A program made the position numbers and the translations under genes. A stretch of DNA of 64,000 bases, from the sequence record MZ868638.1; one strand, written 5' to 3'. Source of the stretch: Escherichia phage vB_EcoM-pEK20. Below, in pieces: positions 55,682 to 64,000 of this stretch (positions are counted from its first letter, which is position 1; each line of letters opens with the position of its first letter). The notes under the pieces were generated by a model. It was not told the DNA's origin and made no database searches. It saw only the letters and a program-made list of their open reading frames with translations.

Positions 55682-55894
55682 ATGTATTCAACTGTGTTTA
55701 AACCATCAACATACGAATTTGCATCAACTACACAATGGAAAGCTCTTATTCTGGAAGGATGGGAACTAATGATGGACTGTGAAGCATCTGAAAAGTTTCC
55801 ACACGGCAAAGTGGACTTCGTTAAATTTGCTGTACGTCCGACTAAACGACAGATTCGTCAAGAAAAACGCAAATTTCGCAAAAGTTTAAAATAA
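55682..55894 (+). CDS. small basic protein, RPTKRQ-motif family (copy 3)
   Basis: C-terminus VRPTKRQIRQEKRKFRKSLK. Confidence 0.4.
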   Translation: MYSTVFKPSTYEFASTTQWKALILEGWELMMDCEASEKFPHGKVDFVKFAVRPTKRQIRQEKRKFRKSLK

Positions 55895-55896
55895 CT

Positions 55897-55926
55897 GTTT
55901 ACAAGCACCACATACTGTGTTACTAT
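55897..55926 (+). promoter_or_regulatory. early promoter
   Basis: -35 gtttac 55897-55902, -10 tactat 55921-55926. Confidence 0.6.
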
Positions 55927-55954
55927 CTTTTTATCAACTACAGAGGAAATTGAA

Positions 55955-56323
55955 ATGAAAAAATTAATCGCTTTAGCAATGGTATTTGGATTAACCGGAT
56001 GTGGTGCCCATGGCTTTATCCCTAATAACGTTGGCCAACTGATTTACAATCCGAATGTTAAACAGTATGACCAACCTAAAGTTGAAGTGGAAGACCCGGT
56101 TACTGTAGGTAATCGAATGATTCAAGCTGATGCCCATGCTCAACGTTATCGTGACTCTGATACTGTAGCATTGTCAAAAGAACAACGCGTTAAAGAACAT
56201 TGTCTACAATCTACTGAAATCGCATTCATTCGCTATGTTGAAACAACTGGTAAAGAGCCTACCCAGAAACAAATCGCAAATAACTACGTCCAGTGTATTG
56301 AACGTTTAAACAAATTTAACTAA
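55955..56323 (+). CDS. lipoprotein
   Basis: signal peptide with lipobox LTGC. Confidence 0.55.
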   Translation: MKKLIALAMVFGLTGCGAHGFIPNNVGQLIYNPNVKQYDQPKVEVEDPVTVGNRMIQADAHAQRYRDSDTVALSKEQRVKEHCLQSTEIAFIRYVETTGKEPTQKQIANNYVQCIERLNKFN

Positions 56324-56326
56324 TTG

Positions 56327-56356
56327 GTTTACACCAAAGTTAAAATAAGATACTAT
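56327..56356 (+). promoter_or_regulatory. early promoter
   Basis: -35 gtttac 56327-56332, -10 tactat 56351-56356. Confidence 0.55.
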
Positions 56357-56384
56357 AAACATAACAAATCAAGAGGAAATTAAC

Positions 56385-56633
56385 ATGGAATTATTCGTAG
56401 CTAGTTCAGTAGCAGTTTTAATCGCAGGTATTGGTTCAATCATCATTTACATGTTGCCTTGGGTAATCGCACTTATTCGTGGCACAAAAAGCACAACAGC
56501 AATCTTCTTTGTATCTTTACTCTTTAACTGGACGATGATTGGTTGGATTGGAACTTTAATTTGGTCTATCGTTGCCGAAAAGAAATCTGCTCAGCAGCCT
56601 CAACAAGTAATTATTATTCGCGAAAAAGAATAA
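56385..56633 (+). CDS. small membrane protein
   Basis: two hydrophobic segments. Confidence 0.5.
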   Translation: MELFVASSVAVLIAGIGSIIIYMLPWVIALIRGTKSTTAIFFVSLLFNWTMIGWIGTLIWSIVAEKKSAQQPQQVIIIREKE

Positions 56634-56637
56634 ACTT

Positions 56638-56667
56638 GTTTACATTATAGATGGACTATAGTATAGT
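56638..56667 (+). promoter_or_regulatory. early promoter in stem-loop
   Basis: -35 gtttac 56638-56643, -10 tatagt 56662-56667; inverted repeat ggactat/atagtcc. Confidence 0.6.
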
Positions 56668-56696
56668 AGTCCTATCAAATCAACTAAGGAGTTAAA

Positions 56697-56990
56697 ATGA
56701 AAAAGTTATCATTGGCAGCAATCTTACTTGCAGTATCATGTGCACCAGCTCCAGTTACGGCAGGTTATGATAAAGACCTCTGTGAGTGGTCAATGACTGC
56801 AAATCAAGAAGATGTTGAACAACAAATCTTCTCTGATATCATGAACATCACTAAACGAGACCGTCCTAATATGGTTAATAAAGTTGTTGAACAACTTAAG
56901 TCTGGCGGTATCATGCAGTACAACTATGTTTTGTATTGTGACCCTAATTTCGATAACAAAGATATCGTAACCGAAATCACAGGTGAATAA
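56697..56990 (+). CDS. sp: periplasmic protein, spackle (Sp)-like
   Basis: signal peptide; 97 aa; GYDKDLCEWSMTA resembles my recollection of T4 Sp; lies between 41 and 61. Confidence 0.45.
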   Translation: MKKLSLAAILLAVSCAPAPVTAGYDKDLCEWSMTANQEDVEQQIFSDIMNITKRDRPNMVNKVVEQLKSGGIMQYNYVLYCDPNFDNKDIVTEITGE

Positions 56991-56991
56991 C

Positions 56992-57642
56992 ATGATTTAT
57001 TACATGCACAAAAATGCGCCATTTAAATATGGTAAATTTCCTAATGCGCAATGTTATAATATAACGCCGAATGAAAATAATAACGGATATCATATTGGTG
57101 TAATTTTTGTAATTGTTAAAGATAACGAAATCGTTGCCTGGGCAGATTTTAAAGGTACAACATATGATGTTAATCCTGTGCCTTTCACATATTACAATAT
57201 AATGGATTTGGCATATGATTATAATTGGTTTAATCACGACGCGTTGGCTCATATTGAAGGTGTAGGATTTGACATCTCTTATTCTAGCTATTCATTATGT
57301 CCTATGAGCCGAGCTCACGGTAAAGATGCATCATATCTTTCATTTCGGAAACGTGTAAACTTCAAACGTAGTACAGAGTATGTCGGTGGACTCTTTGTTA
57401 AAGATAATAAAATAACCCGTATTAGTTATCCTCTAAGTGTAGGTCAAAAAGATGTTGATGTTGATTTAGACTTAACTGAAAATAACATTAATCATATTGC
57501 TTCTGTATATTTTGATATCGATGAAAAAATTGTAGTGTGTGGATACGAATTACCACCCGAAGAAAAGGCTGAAGCAATTGAAGTCGAATTAGAAATTTCT
57601 GTCGATGACCAAATATTTAATGCATTTATGAATCGAGGTTAA
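56992..57642 (+). CDS. hypothetical protein
   Basis: ATG at M4 of listed GTG ORF. Confidence 0.5.
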   Translation: MIYYMHKNAPFKYGKFPNAQCYNITPNENNNGYHIGVIFVIVKDNEIVAWADFKGTTYDVNPVPFTYYNIMDLAYDYNWFNHDALAHIEGVGFDISYSSYSLCPMSRAHGKDASYLSFRKRVNFKRSTEYVGGLFVKDNKITRISYPLSVGQKDVDVDLDLTENNINHIASVYFDIDEKIVVCGYELPPEEKAEAIEVELEISVDDQIFNAFMNRG

Positions 57643-57643
57643 A

Positions 57644-57841
57644 ATGACTACTGCAATTTGCACTGGTTCTAAAATTAGTGTTTTTACAAGTTTTGAAGAT
57701 TATGAAGTTATTTCAAAACACCAATGCCATATTAGCGTAAAAGCTAATGACGGTGTAATTTGGAATATTCCACAGTATGAAGGCACTACATATGAAGTCA
57801 CAGATATAAATGGTGACAAAGCAATCTTTGTAATTGATTAA
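57644..57841 (+). CDS. hypothetical small protein
   Basis: ATG ORF. Confidence 0.4.
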   Translation: MTTAICTGSKISVFTSFEDYEVISKHQCHISVKANDGVIWNIPQYEGTTYEVTDINGDKAIFVID

Positions 57842-57860
57842 ATATACTCAGGAGGTACCT

Positions 57861-58328
57861 ATGGGTATTATTAACACTGCAATAGATTCTGTTTACGCAT
57901 ATAAGTTTATTCGACTAATGCAAAAACCTTTTACTGAATGGAAAGCATACGAAGCCAAAATCATCGATGAACGTGGAAGTGTTCTTAAACGTCCTTCCAC
58001 TCCTGAAGAGAAAGCGGCTTATACACCTTTTCATGCTTCAGTTCGTTCAATGAAGCGAATGATGAGCACTGTTCCAGGTCTTAATGGAATGGCCTCAATG
58101 ATGTCTGCCTGGAGTGCTGTAGCTTCACGCTATAACATTACGGAAGAACAGCAGAAAGAAATATTTAAAGAACTCCCTTTATTTGAGGATATGGTTGCTG
58201 GTGATTCAGGTGGCAGCCCTCAAGCTATTGCATCAGGAACAACTACAGGTGCAGTAGTAAATAAAGGTCCAGAACAAATTCCTTCCAAGAAAAGAAAGCG
58301 AATTAAAGTAAATATTAATAAGTTGTGA
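57861..58328 (+). CDS. hypothetical protein
   Basis: ATG at M10 of listed ORF, SD ggaggt. Confidence 0.45.
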   Translation: MGIINTAIDSVYAYKFIRLMQKPFTEWKAYEAKIIDERGSVLKRPSTPEEKAAYTPFHASVRSMKRMMSTVPGLNGMASMMSAWSAVASRYNITEEQQKEIFKELPLFEDMVAGDSGGSPQAIASGTTTGAVVNKGPEQIPSKKRKRIKVNINKL

Positions 58329-58367
58329 TAAGATGGCCTTATTAATTTAAGGCCTCTGGAGAATACT

Positions 58368-59390
58368 ATGGCTGAATGGATAGATAATGAATTTGCTTAT
58401 CGCGCGTTTTCTCACCTACCTCGTTTTAGACAAATCAATAATTCAAGCACATTTAAATTAACATTTCGATGTCCAGTTTGTGGCGACTCCCAGACAGATG
58501 CAATGAAAGCTCGCGGATGGTATTATGGCGGTACTCCTGGTAATGTACATTGTTATAATTGCCAATACCACAATACAATTTCCGGATACTTAAAAGAGTA
58601 TGATGAAGAGCTTTATCGCGAATATCTAATGGAAGTTCGTAAAGAAAAAGCTAGAATGGAACCAAAGATTGAAAAGGTTCCTGAACATAAACCAGAACCG
58701 GAGAAAAAGACTATAAATTCTTTGCCGTCTTGTTCTCGTCTGGACAAGCTGCCCGAAGAGCATCCTATTGTGAAATATGTTAAGTCTCGGTGTATTCCTA
58801 AAGAATCGTGGAACAGATTATGGTTCACATTAGAATGGCCTAAATTGGTCAACAAGATTCAACCTGGTACGTATAAGAAAGAGATTCCCGAACCACGTTT
58901 AGTGATTCCTATTTTTAATAAAGATGGGAAGGCCGAGTCATTCCAAGGACGTGCACTTCGTAAAGATGCTCCTCAGAAATATATCACTATTAAAGCGTTT
59001 GAGTCTGCAACAAAAATTTATGGTGTTGAACGTGTTAAGGAAGGGGACGTCTGGGTAATGGAAGGCCCTATTGATAGTTTATTCATACCCAATGCAATCG
59101 CTATTACAGGCGGCTCAATAGATTTAGATGTGGTACCATTTAAAGAACGTCGGGTATGGGTAATGGATAATGAACCTAGGCATCCGGATACTATAGCTCG
59201 CATGAAGCGATTAGTTGATGCAGGCGAACGTGTCATGTTCTGGGACCGAGCTCCGTGGAGATCAAAGGATGTGAATGATATGGTAATGAAAGAAAATGCA
59301 ACACCACAAGAAATTTTAGAATATATGAAACAGAATATTTCAAGTGGGTTGCATGCTAAAATGAGATTATCTCGTTATTCGAAGATTTAA
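58368..59390 (+). CDS. 61: DNA primase gp61
   Basis: N-terminal zinc ribbon CPVCGDS...CYNC, TOPRIM-like motifs; matches T4 gp61. Confidence 0.95.
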   Translation: MAEWIDNEFAYRAFSHLPRFRQINNSSTFKLTFRCPVCGDSQTDAMKARGWYYGGTPGNVHCYNCQYHNTISGYLKEYDEELYREYLMEVRKEKARMEPKIEKVPEHKPEPEKKTINSLPSCSRLDKLPEEHPIVKYVKSRCIPKESWNRLWFTLEWPKLVNKIQPGTYKKEIPEPRLVIPIFNKDGKAESFQGRALRKDAPQKYITIKAFESATKIYGVERVKEGDVWVMEGPIDSLFIPNAIAITGGSIDLDVVPFKERRVWVMDNEPRHPDTIARMKRLVDAGERVMFWDRAPWRSKDVNDMVMKENATPQEILEYMKQNISSGLHAKMRLSRYSKI

Positions 59391-59584
59391 ACAAGCCCTA
59401 TAATAGCAAAGGCCAAATCAACTACAGTATCCAATGGAACAGAAGGAACCATAACACCATGGGCAACTAACAATGGTGCAATCCCGAAGTTCCATGAAAT
59501 AATGCCACCTACAACTATTGCAGCGATAGCAGTTTTCTTTTTATTGCCTTTAATAGCGTTGATTAACGATGGAAGTTTAAACAT
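59387..59584 (-). CDS. small hydrophobic membrane protein (minus strand)
   Basis: only minus-strand ORF in an intergenic gap; strong SD aaggag 5 nt upstream of ATG (complement of 59590-59595). Confidence 0.45.
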   Translation of the reverse strand: MFKLPSLINAIKGNKKKTAIAAIVVGGIISWNFGIAPLLVAHGVMVPSVPLDTVVDLAFAIIGLV

Positions 59585-59614
59585 AATATCTCCTTAGTTA
59601 CCTATTATTTATTA

Positions 59615-59639
59615 CGCTTTATAAAATTAATGTTAGAAT
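59615..59639 (+). promoter_or_regulatory. middle promoter (MotA box) upstream of gene 56
   Basis: cGCTTTA 59615-59621, 12-nt spacer, tagaat 59634-59639. Confidence 0.5.
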
Positions 59640-59673
59640 TAACTTCTCTTATACTGAATTGAAAGGAAAAATA

Positions 59674-60195
59674 ATGGCACACTTTAACGAATGTTCACAA
59701 CTTATTTCTGGTGTTGATAAAGCAGAAGAAGCTTATTTTAATGCTCTGATTCACGAAGATAAAGACCCTCTGCAGGTAATGCTTGATATGCAGAAATCTT
59801 TACAGGTTCGTCTGGCAAATGACAAGCCTGAACATAACAAACATCCTGATGAATTGGCCACTGCTGGTGATGTTGTTGATTGGCTGCGTAATCAGAAAGA
59901 TTATATTGATGATGAATTCCGTGAACTGTTGACTTCACTTGGTGGTATGAGCAATGGTGAAAAAGCCGCTAGCTCTGTATGGAAGCCGTGGAAAGCACAA
60001 CATGCTGAATATCGAAATCGTCGTATCGATGAACTGTCTCCTGAAGACCAGCTTGAAATTAAATTTGAAATGATTGATATTCTGCATTTCGTTCTAAATA
60101 TGTTCCAAGGTCTAGGACTTTCTGCTGAAGAAATCTTCAAACTGTATTACCTGAAAAACCAACACAACTTTGAACGCCAGGATAATGGTTACTAA
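59674..60195 (+). CDS. 56: dCTPase/dUTPase gp56 (MazG-like)
   Basis: MAHFNEC...DPLQVMLDMQ...ELATAGDVVDWLR...IDDEFRELLTSLGG matches T4 gp56. Confidence 0.95.
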   Translation: MAHFNECSQLISGVDKAEEAYFNALIHEDKDPLQVMLDMQKSLQVRLANDKPEHNKHPDELATAGDVVDWLRNQKDYIDDEFRELLTSLGGMSNGEKAASSVWKPWKAQHAEYRNRRIDELSPEDQLEIKFEMIDILHFVLNMFQGLGLSAEEIFKLYYLKNQHNFERQDNGY

Positions 60196-60201
60196 TTAAG
60201 T

Positions 60202-60209
60202 TATAAATA
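60202..60209 (+). promoter_or_regulatory. late promoter core TATAAATA upstream of soc
   Basis: exact TATAAATA 31 nt upstream of soc ATG. Confidence 0.6.
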
Positions 60210-60240
60210 CACCTGTAATTAAACAACAAAGGAGTTAATT

Positions 60241-60477
60241 ATGGGTGGTTACGTTAATATCAAAACCTTTACGCATCCTGCAGGTGAAGGCAAAGAAGTT
60301 AAAGGTATGGAAGTTTCTGTACCGTTTGAGATTTATTCAAACGAACATCGGATTGCGGATTCTCATTACCAAATCTTTCCGTCAGAAAAGGCAGCTTATT
60401 CTGATGTCGTTTCTGATGCAGCAACTTGGAAAACTAAGAACGCTGCAATGTTTACCCCTACACCAGTAAGTGGTTAA
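60241..60477 (+). CDS. soc: small outer capsid protein Soc
   Basis: GYVNIKTF...HYQIFPSEKAAYS matches T4 Soc; downstream of 56 as in T4. Confidence 0.85.
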   Translation: MGGYVNIKTFTHPAGEGKEVKGMEVSVPFEIYSNEHRIADSHYQIFPSEKAAYSDVVSDAATWKTKNAAMFTPTPVSG

Positions 60478-60486
60478 ATAATTTAA

Positions 60487-60511
60487 GGAATCCTTCGGGA
60501 TTCCTTTTTTT
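60487..60511 (+). terminator. rho-independent terminator
   Basis: ggaatcc-ttcg-ggattcc then T7 60505-60511. Confidence 0.8.
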
Positions 60512-60520
60512 GTTTCTACA

Positions 60521-60550
60521 GTTTACAACCACTAAAAACTGTGTTAAGAT
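60521..60550 (+). promoter_or_regulatory. early promoter
   Basis: -35 gtttac 60521-60526, -10 taagat 60545-60550. Confidence 0.5.
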
Positions 60551-60578
60551 ATTATTACTTACTCAAGAGGAGAACAAT

Positions 60579-60806
60579 ATGTTAAATCGTTGGATTAAAC
60601 CTAATAACACATTAGGTGCTTTGATTGCTCAAGAAGTTTCGTTGAAATATGGTCTTGGATATTATGACGACGTAGTCGTACACTCATTCATGATGGATGG
60701 TGAAGACGTCAAATTTAATGCCGAAATCCGTTGGGATGATGGTGGTGTTCGTTTTGTTCGAGGAACAATTAATGCTTACGATGCTGAAGAAGTTGTTTGC
60801 TGTTAA
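60579..60806 (+). CDS. hypothetical small protein
   Basis: ATG at M24 of listed ORF, SD agaggag. Confidence 0.4.
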   Translation: MLNRWIKPNNTLGALIAQEVSLKYGLGYYDDVVVHSFMMDGEDVKFNAEIRWDDGGVRFVRGTINAYDAEEVVCC

Positions 60807-60819
60807 ACCAGGCGAAGGT

Positions 60820-61008
60820 ATGATGCCTATTCCTGATACACGTGAAAAGGCTTGGGAATACATTGGTGACGGCATGATGGAAGAAGTTATTCGTCCAAAG
60901 TCTGCTTCAAGCTCTTCAAGTTATAATCATTCATACGTATCGTCTTGGTCTGGTGATTCTGGGTCAAGTTATTCTGATTGTGATTCAAGCTCAGGGAGCT
61001 GCGAATGA
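60820..61008 (+). CDS. small protein with Ser-rich low-complexity C-terminus
   Basis: ATG with SD gaagg; C-terminus SASSSSSYNHSYVSSWSGDSGSSYSDCDSSSGSCE. Confidence 0.35.
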   Translation: MMPIPDTREKAWEYIGDGMMEEVIRPKSASSSSSYNHSYVSSWSGDSGSSYSDCDSSSGSCE

Positions 61009-61184
61009 ACAAGATAGTTAAATGGTTTAAAAGCTGGGACGATGGTGTCGGTCCAGAAGATTGGCTGGATGTTCTTGAAGAGAATATGGCTAAAGAATTC
61101 CAGAAACATGAAGAAAAGCTCGTCGAAGATGAAGGCGAACGTATTGTAAAACTTTATATGGGTGAACCATCGAGGAAATTATAA
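61005..61184 (+). CDS. hypothetical small acidic protein (59 aa)
   Basis: ATG overlapping upstream stop; not in track. Confidence 0.3.
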   Translation: MNKIVKWFKSWDDGVGPEDWLDVLEENMAKEFQKHEEKLVEDEGERIVKLYMGEPSRKL

Positions 61185-61543
61185 TGGATGCTATGCTATT
61201 TAAAATGTATTTGCTTGAAGCCAAGTCATTTAAACATATACCAGTGGAAGATAAGACTCCACTAGAAATAGCTATTCTAATTAACAAAAGTCTAAATAAT
61301 CCGCAATATATCGTAGAAGAATTCTGCAAATTGCAGATTCCTAAAGGTTACAAAATTCGTGTAGAGCGAGTTGGAGCTATTACTCGTTCTAAAAATTCTC
61401 CGTTTAGTCTTGAAGAAGGCATAAAGGACTTAGGTTATGAATCTACGGAAAATGCAGTTTATGTGAATCCTGAAAAGCGTTTAGACTTGTTTGAAAAGCG
61501 AGACCATAAGTATTTTGCCAAAAATACTTTATTACATCATTAG
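61184..61543 (+). CDS. hypothetical protein
   Basis: ATG overlapping upstream stop. Confidence 0.45.
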   Translation: MDAMLFKMYLLEAKSFKHIPVEDKTPLEIAILINKSLNNPQYIVEEFCKLQIPKGYKIRVERVGAITRSKNSPFSLEEGIKDLGYESTENAVYVNPEKRLDLFEKRDHKYFAKNTLLHH

Positions 61544-61639
61544 CAGATTTAGTCCATTTGCAACGAGCTATTTGGAAATTTTTTAAGACAAAAGGTGTAG
61601 CGCTAGAAACATTCTCTGAACCTGCTAGTTTTTATCTAG

Positions 61640-61828
61640 GTGAATAATATGGACCTTATGAGTATGTTTGACGAGCCTGAAGTTGAGGCTCCTAAAGTGC
61701 ATCGTAGTGAACTTATTGATGAACTAGATAGTATTATACAACGACACGGCTTTAGTTTACCTGTTGAAGCCCTGAAAGACCTTGCATCTTATTATGACGA
61801 CCCTCCACCATGGAGTCCTTGGAAATGA
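61640..61828 (+). CDS. hypothetical small acidic protein
   Basis: ATG ORF. Confidence 0.4.
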   Translation: MNNMDLMSMFDEPEVEAPKVHRSELIDELDSIIQRHGFSLPVEALKDLASYYDDPPPWSPWK

Positions 61829-61989
61829 AAGAGAAATTGAAAGAGAAATTCTTACTAGAAATCAAGGAAAAAGACTTTGAGACATGGTATCGAATGGTGA
61901 AAGGGCTGACATTGCTTTTTAAAGCATCGTTATTCATGTTAGAACAACCTGGTCCTGATGGGCCTTTAGTAGGAAAGCTTAAAAAGTAG
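61825..61989 (+). CDS. hypothetical small protein (54 aa)
   Basis: ATGA overlap with upstream stop; not in track. Confidence 0.3.
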   Translation: MKEKLKEKFLLEIKEKDFETWYRMVKGLTLLFKASLFMLEQPGPDGPLVGKLKK

Positions 61990-62017
61990 TTTACATTCCC
62001 TCCTCTCGTGTTATGAT
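61989..62017 (+). promoter_or_regulatory. early promoter
   Basis: -35 gtttac 61989-61994, -10 tatgat 62012-62017. Confidence 0.5.
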
Positions 62018-62044
62018 AGGCTTATCTTTAAATGGAGGTCTATC

Positions 62045-62626
62045 ATGACATGTCAATCTGAACTTCAAGAACGCGAATACCTAACAAATCTGATTGATAG
62101 CAAATTCACCCGCCAAGAACAAAACATTCTCTGGGCCTGCACCGATTCTAAGGAAGACCCGGATTTCCACTATGAATTAGACCATCTTGTTCGTAAGCAT
62201 ATGACTTCTACAGTGCCAGTAGAACTCTACCGTGGTGTAACTCCAGAAGAAGTAGAACGTCTTTCCCTTCTTTCTGTGGGATGCCATTGGTCTCCTGGAC
62301 GAGTAACATCGTTCACAACTGATTTCAGTACAGCTCGTCAATTCTCCGGGAGATGGGAATATCAGACGTACACTATTCTTAGTCTCAGGAATGCTCCATT
62401 CATTTTTGATTACTACCAAAACATGGTTAACATTGTACTTGCCGGAAAGAACCCTAAGCATGTTATGGAAGAAACGCGTGTTGACGTCCTAGATATGATT
62501 GAATCTGAACAAGAATACATGGTCTCAGGTATCTCTAGATTTGAGATTGTGGAAATTGAAGAGTTAGAGTATGACCCTTTGTCTCGAGTATACAAAATCA
62601 TTCACTTAAAGATGTTGAATTTTTAG
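62045..62626 (+). CDS. ADP-ribosyltransferase, ModA/ModB-like
   Basis: R-S-E ART motifs: YRG, SFTTDF, EQEYMVSG; paralog of next gene; position downstream of soc as for T4 modA/modB. Confidence 0.55.
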   Translation: MTCQSELQEREYLTNLIDSKFTRQEQNILWACTDSKEDPDFHYELDHLVRKHMTSTVPVELYRGVTPEEVERLSLLSVGCHWSPGRVTSFTTDFSTARQFSGRWEYQTYTILSLRNAPFIFDYYQNMVNIVLAGKNPKHVMEETRVDVLDMIESEQEYMVSGISRFEIVEIEELEYDPLSRVYKIIHLKMLNF

Positions 62627-62655
62627 TGTACAAACTCTACCTACGATGATACTAT
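62626..62655 (+). promoter_or_regulatory. early promoter
   Basis: -35 gtgtac 62626-62631, -10 tactat 62650-62655. Confidence 0.5.
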
Positions 62656-62683
62656 ACTTTTATCAACCACAGGAGAAACCTAA

Positions 62684-63292
62684 ATGTTTATGCCGTATAA
62701 CGAGTGTGAAATTGAAGAAATGGTTCGTCGTGCTCAAAACCCCGAATATCAAGATGTATTGCAGTACGAAATTGATAGTCAATTCAGCGACATTGAACAA
62801 AGTGTACTGTGGCAGTGTATGGAAAACAAGCCAGACTGTATTCAACAGGAGTTAAGTTCAATCGTTCGTAGAAATTGGACGTCTTCTGTTCCTGAGACAA
62901 TGTATCGTGGAATCTCTAAGAAAACTATAGCCACACTCGATGATAAAGGTATTGGTAGTATTATTAAATTTGACAGAGTAATGAGCTTCAGCCCAGTGTT
63001 CGGTGTAGCACGTAACTTTGCTTCGTATAATTTTTACGGAACATTTAATATGTTCTGCATCAAAGATGCACCATTTGCTTTCAACTTCCGTGAACATATG
63101 CTTAATATGATTCTGGCTGCACCATCTTGTGAGTTCAATGGAGCTTTCCCTGAAGCGACAAGACGGTCTAATGCTAGACTTATATCTGACGAATGTGAAT
63201 TTATGCTCCCTATAGGGACTACACTGCGTGTAGATTCTATTATTCAAGATGGACGTTATACAATCTGGAATCTGTCTATTGTCAGTTACTGA
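62684..63292 (+). CDS. ADP-ribosyltransferase, ModA/ModB-like
   Basis: R-S-E ART motifs: YRG, SFSPVF, ECEFMLPIG. Confidence 0.55.
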   Translation: MFMPYNECEIEEMVRRAQNPEYQDVLQYEIDSQFSDIEQSVLWQCMENKPDCIQQELSSIVRRNWTSSVPETMYRGISKKTIATLDDKGIGSIIKFDRVMSFSPVFGVARNFASYNFYGTFNMFCIKDAPFAFNFREHMLNMILAAPSCEFNGAFPEATRRSNARLISDECEFMLPIGTTLRVDSIIQDGRYTIWNLSIVSY

Positions 63293-63444
63293 CTGAATTG
63301 GAATAACCGGATGGAACTCAGAACCATTATAACACATAAAAAATTAAAGCATTTTATGAAAAAAGAGTGTACACTACCTGAGGGCATGATATTATAAGCT
63401 TATCAGCTAAATGACCTAACGTCCGTAAGACAGAGGAAAATATT

Positions 63445-64000
63445 ATGTTGTCAAATAATAAAATTAACAAAATCAATCGTCGTCTTGACCACACCAGAGC
63501 TTCTGCGAAGAGACGCTCTAAGGATTTTAACTTAGACTTTAATTACCTTAAAAACATTCTTGATCAAAAGGTCTGCGCTTACTCAGGTGAATCTTTTAAT
63601 AACTCTGTTGAAGGTGAGAAATTATCCTTAGAACGTTTTAATAATGATATCGGCTACATTAAAGGTAATGTTATCCCAGTTAAGAAAAAATATAACACGG
63701 CTCGTTCTGATTTAACATTAGAAGAACTTATTGAGAAACGTGATGCCATTGCAAGACGTATCGCTAATCCTTCTGCCCGTAAAGTAGAGAAACTTAATCT
63801 CGACGAGAAGAAATGGGCCCAAATTAAAAAGGTTTATGGTACTATTTTAAAAATCCGAGCAAAACGTGAAAATCGTGTTAAGCATATGGCGAACATGATG
63901 AAAAATCAACCTTTATCTAACGAATCTAAACTTAGAATTGTTGCTTTGAAAGCACGCATTAATGGCTCACATCAAGCAGAAGGCCATGAACTTACTAAAC
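63445..64000 (+). CDS. hypothetical basic protein, 3' end outside window
   Basis: ATG 63445 after SD agaggaaaa; open to window end. Confidence 0.4.
   Translation, partial: MLSNNKINKINRRLDHTRASAKRRSKDFNLDFNYLKNILDQKVCAYSGESFNNSVEGEKLSLERFNNDIGYIKGNVIPVKKKYNTARSDLTLEELIEKRDAIARRIANPSARKVEKLNLDEKKWAQIKKVYGTILKIRAKRENRVKHMANMMKNQPLSNESKLRIVALKARINGSHQAEGHELTK

Noticed and set aside
1-64000. CRISPR arrays, integrases, transposases
   Set aside because: No spaced direct-repeat arrays and no recombinase-like ORFs were seen

Overview
This window is a gene-dense stretch of the early/middle region of a T4-like (Tevenvirinae) phage, with nearly all genes on the + strand. It is probably RB69 or a close relative: the 903-aa DNA polymerase matches my recollection of RB69 gp43, but no search was run. 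Recognised T4 homologs in order: nudE, e (lysozyme), denV, regB, tk, rI, nrdC, 49, nrdD, nrdG, nrdH, 55, 47, 46, 45.2, rpbA, 45, 44, 62, regA, 43, 42, uvsX, 40, 41, sp-like, 61, 56, soc and two ModA/ModB-like ADP-ribosyltransferases. The slots where T4 carries agt, imm, bgt and dam hold other genes. Most notable is a nucleotide-sugar biosynthesis module between genes 43 and 42, preceded by a MotA-type middle promoter and followed by a candidate glycosyltransferase in the bgt slot, consistent with non-glucose glycosylation of hmC DNA. Other points: a GrcA homolog whose GC-rich 3' half appears host-derived, five internal-protein genes with capsid-targeting leaders around denV plus a denV 5' pseudogene, an HNH homing endonuclease between 47 and 46, a macro-domain protein, and many early promoters embedded in inverted repeats. 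All homology calls are from reading the translations; coordinates of start codons were refined from the ORF track where the listed ORF began at GTG/TTG or inside a promoter.
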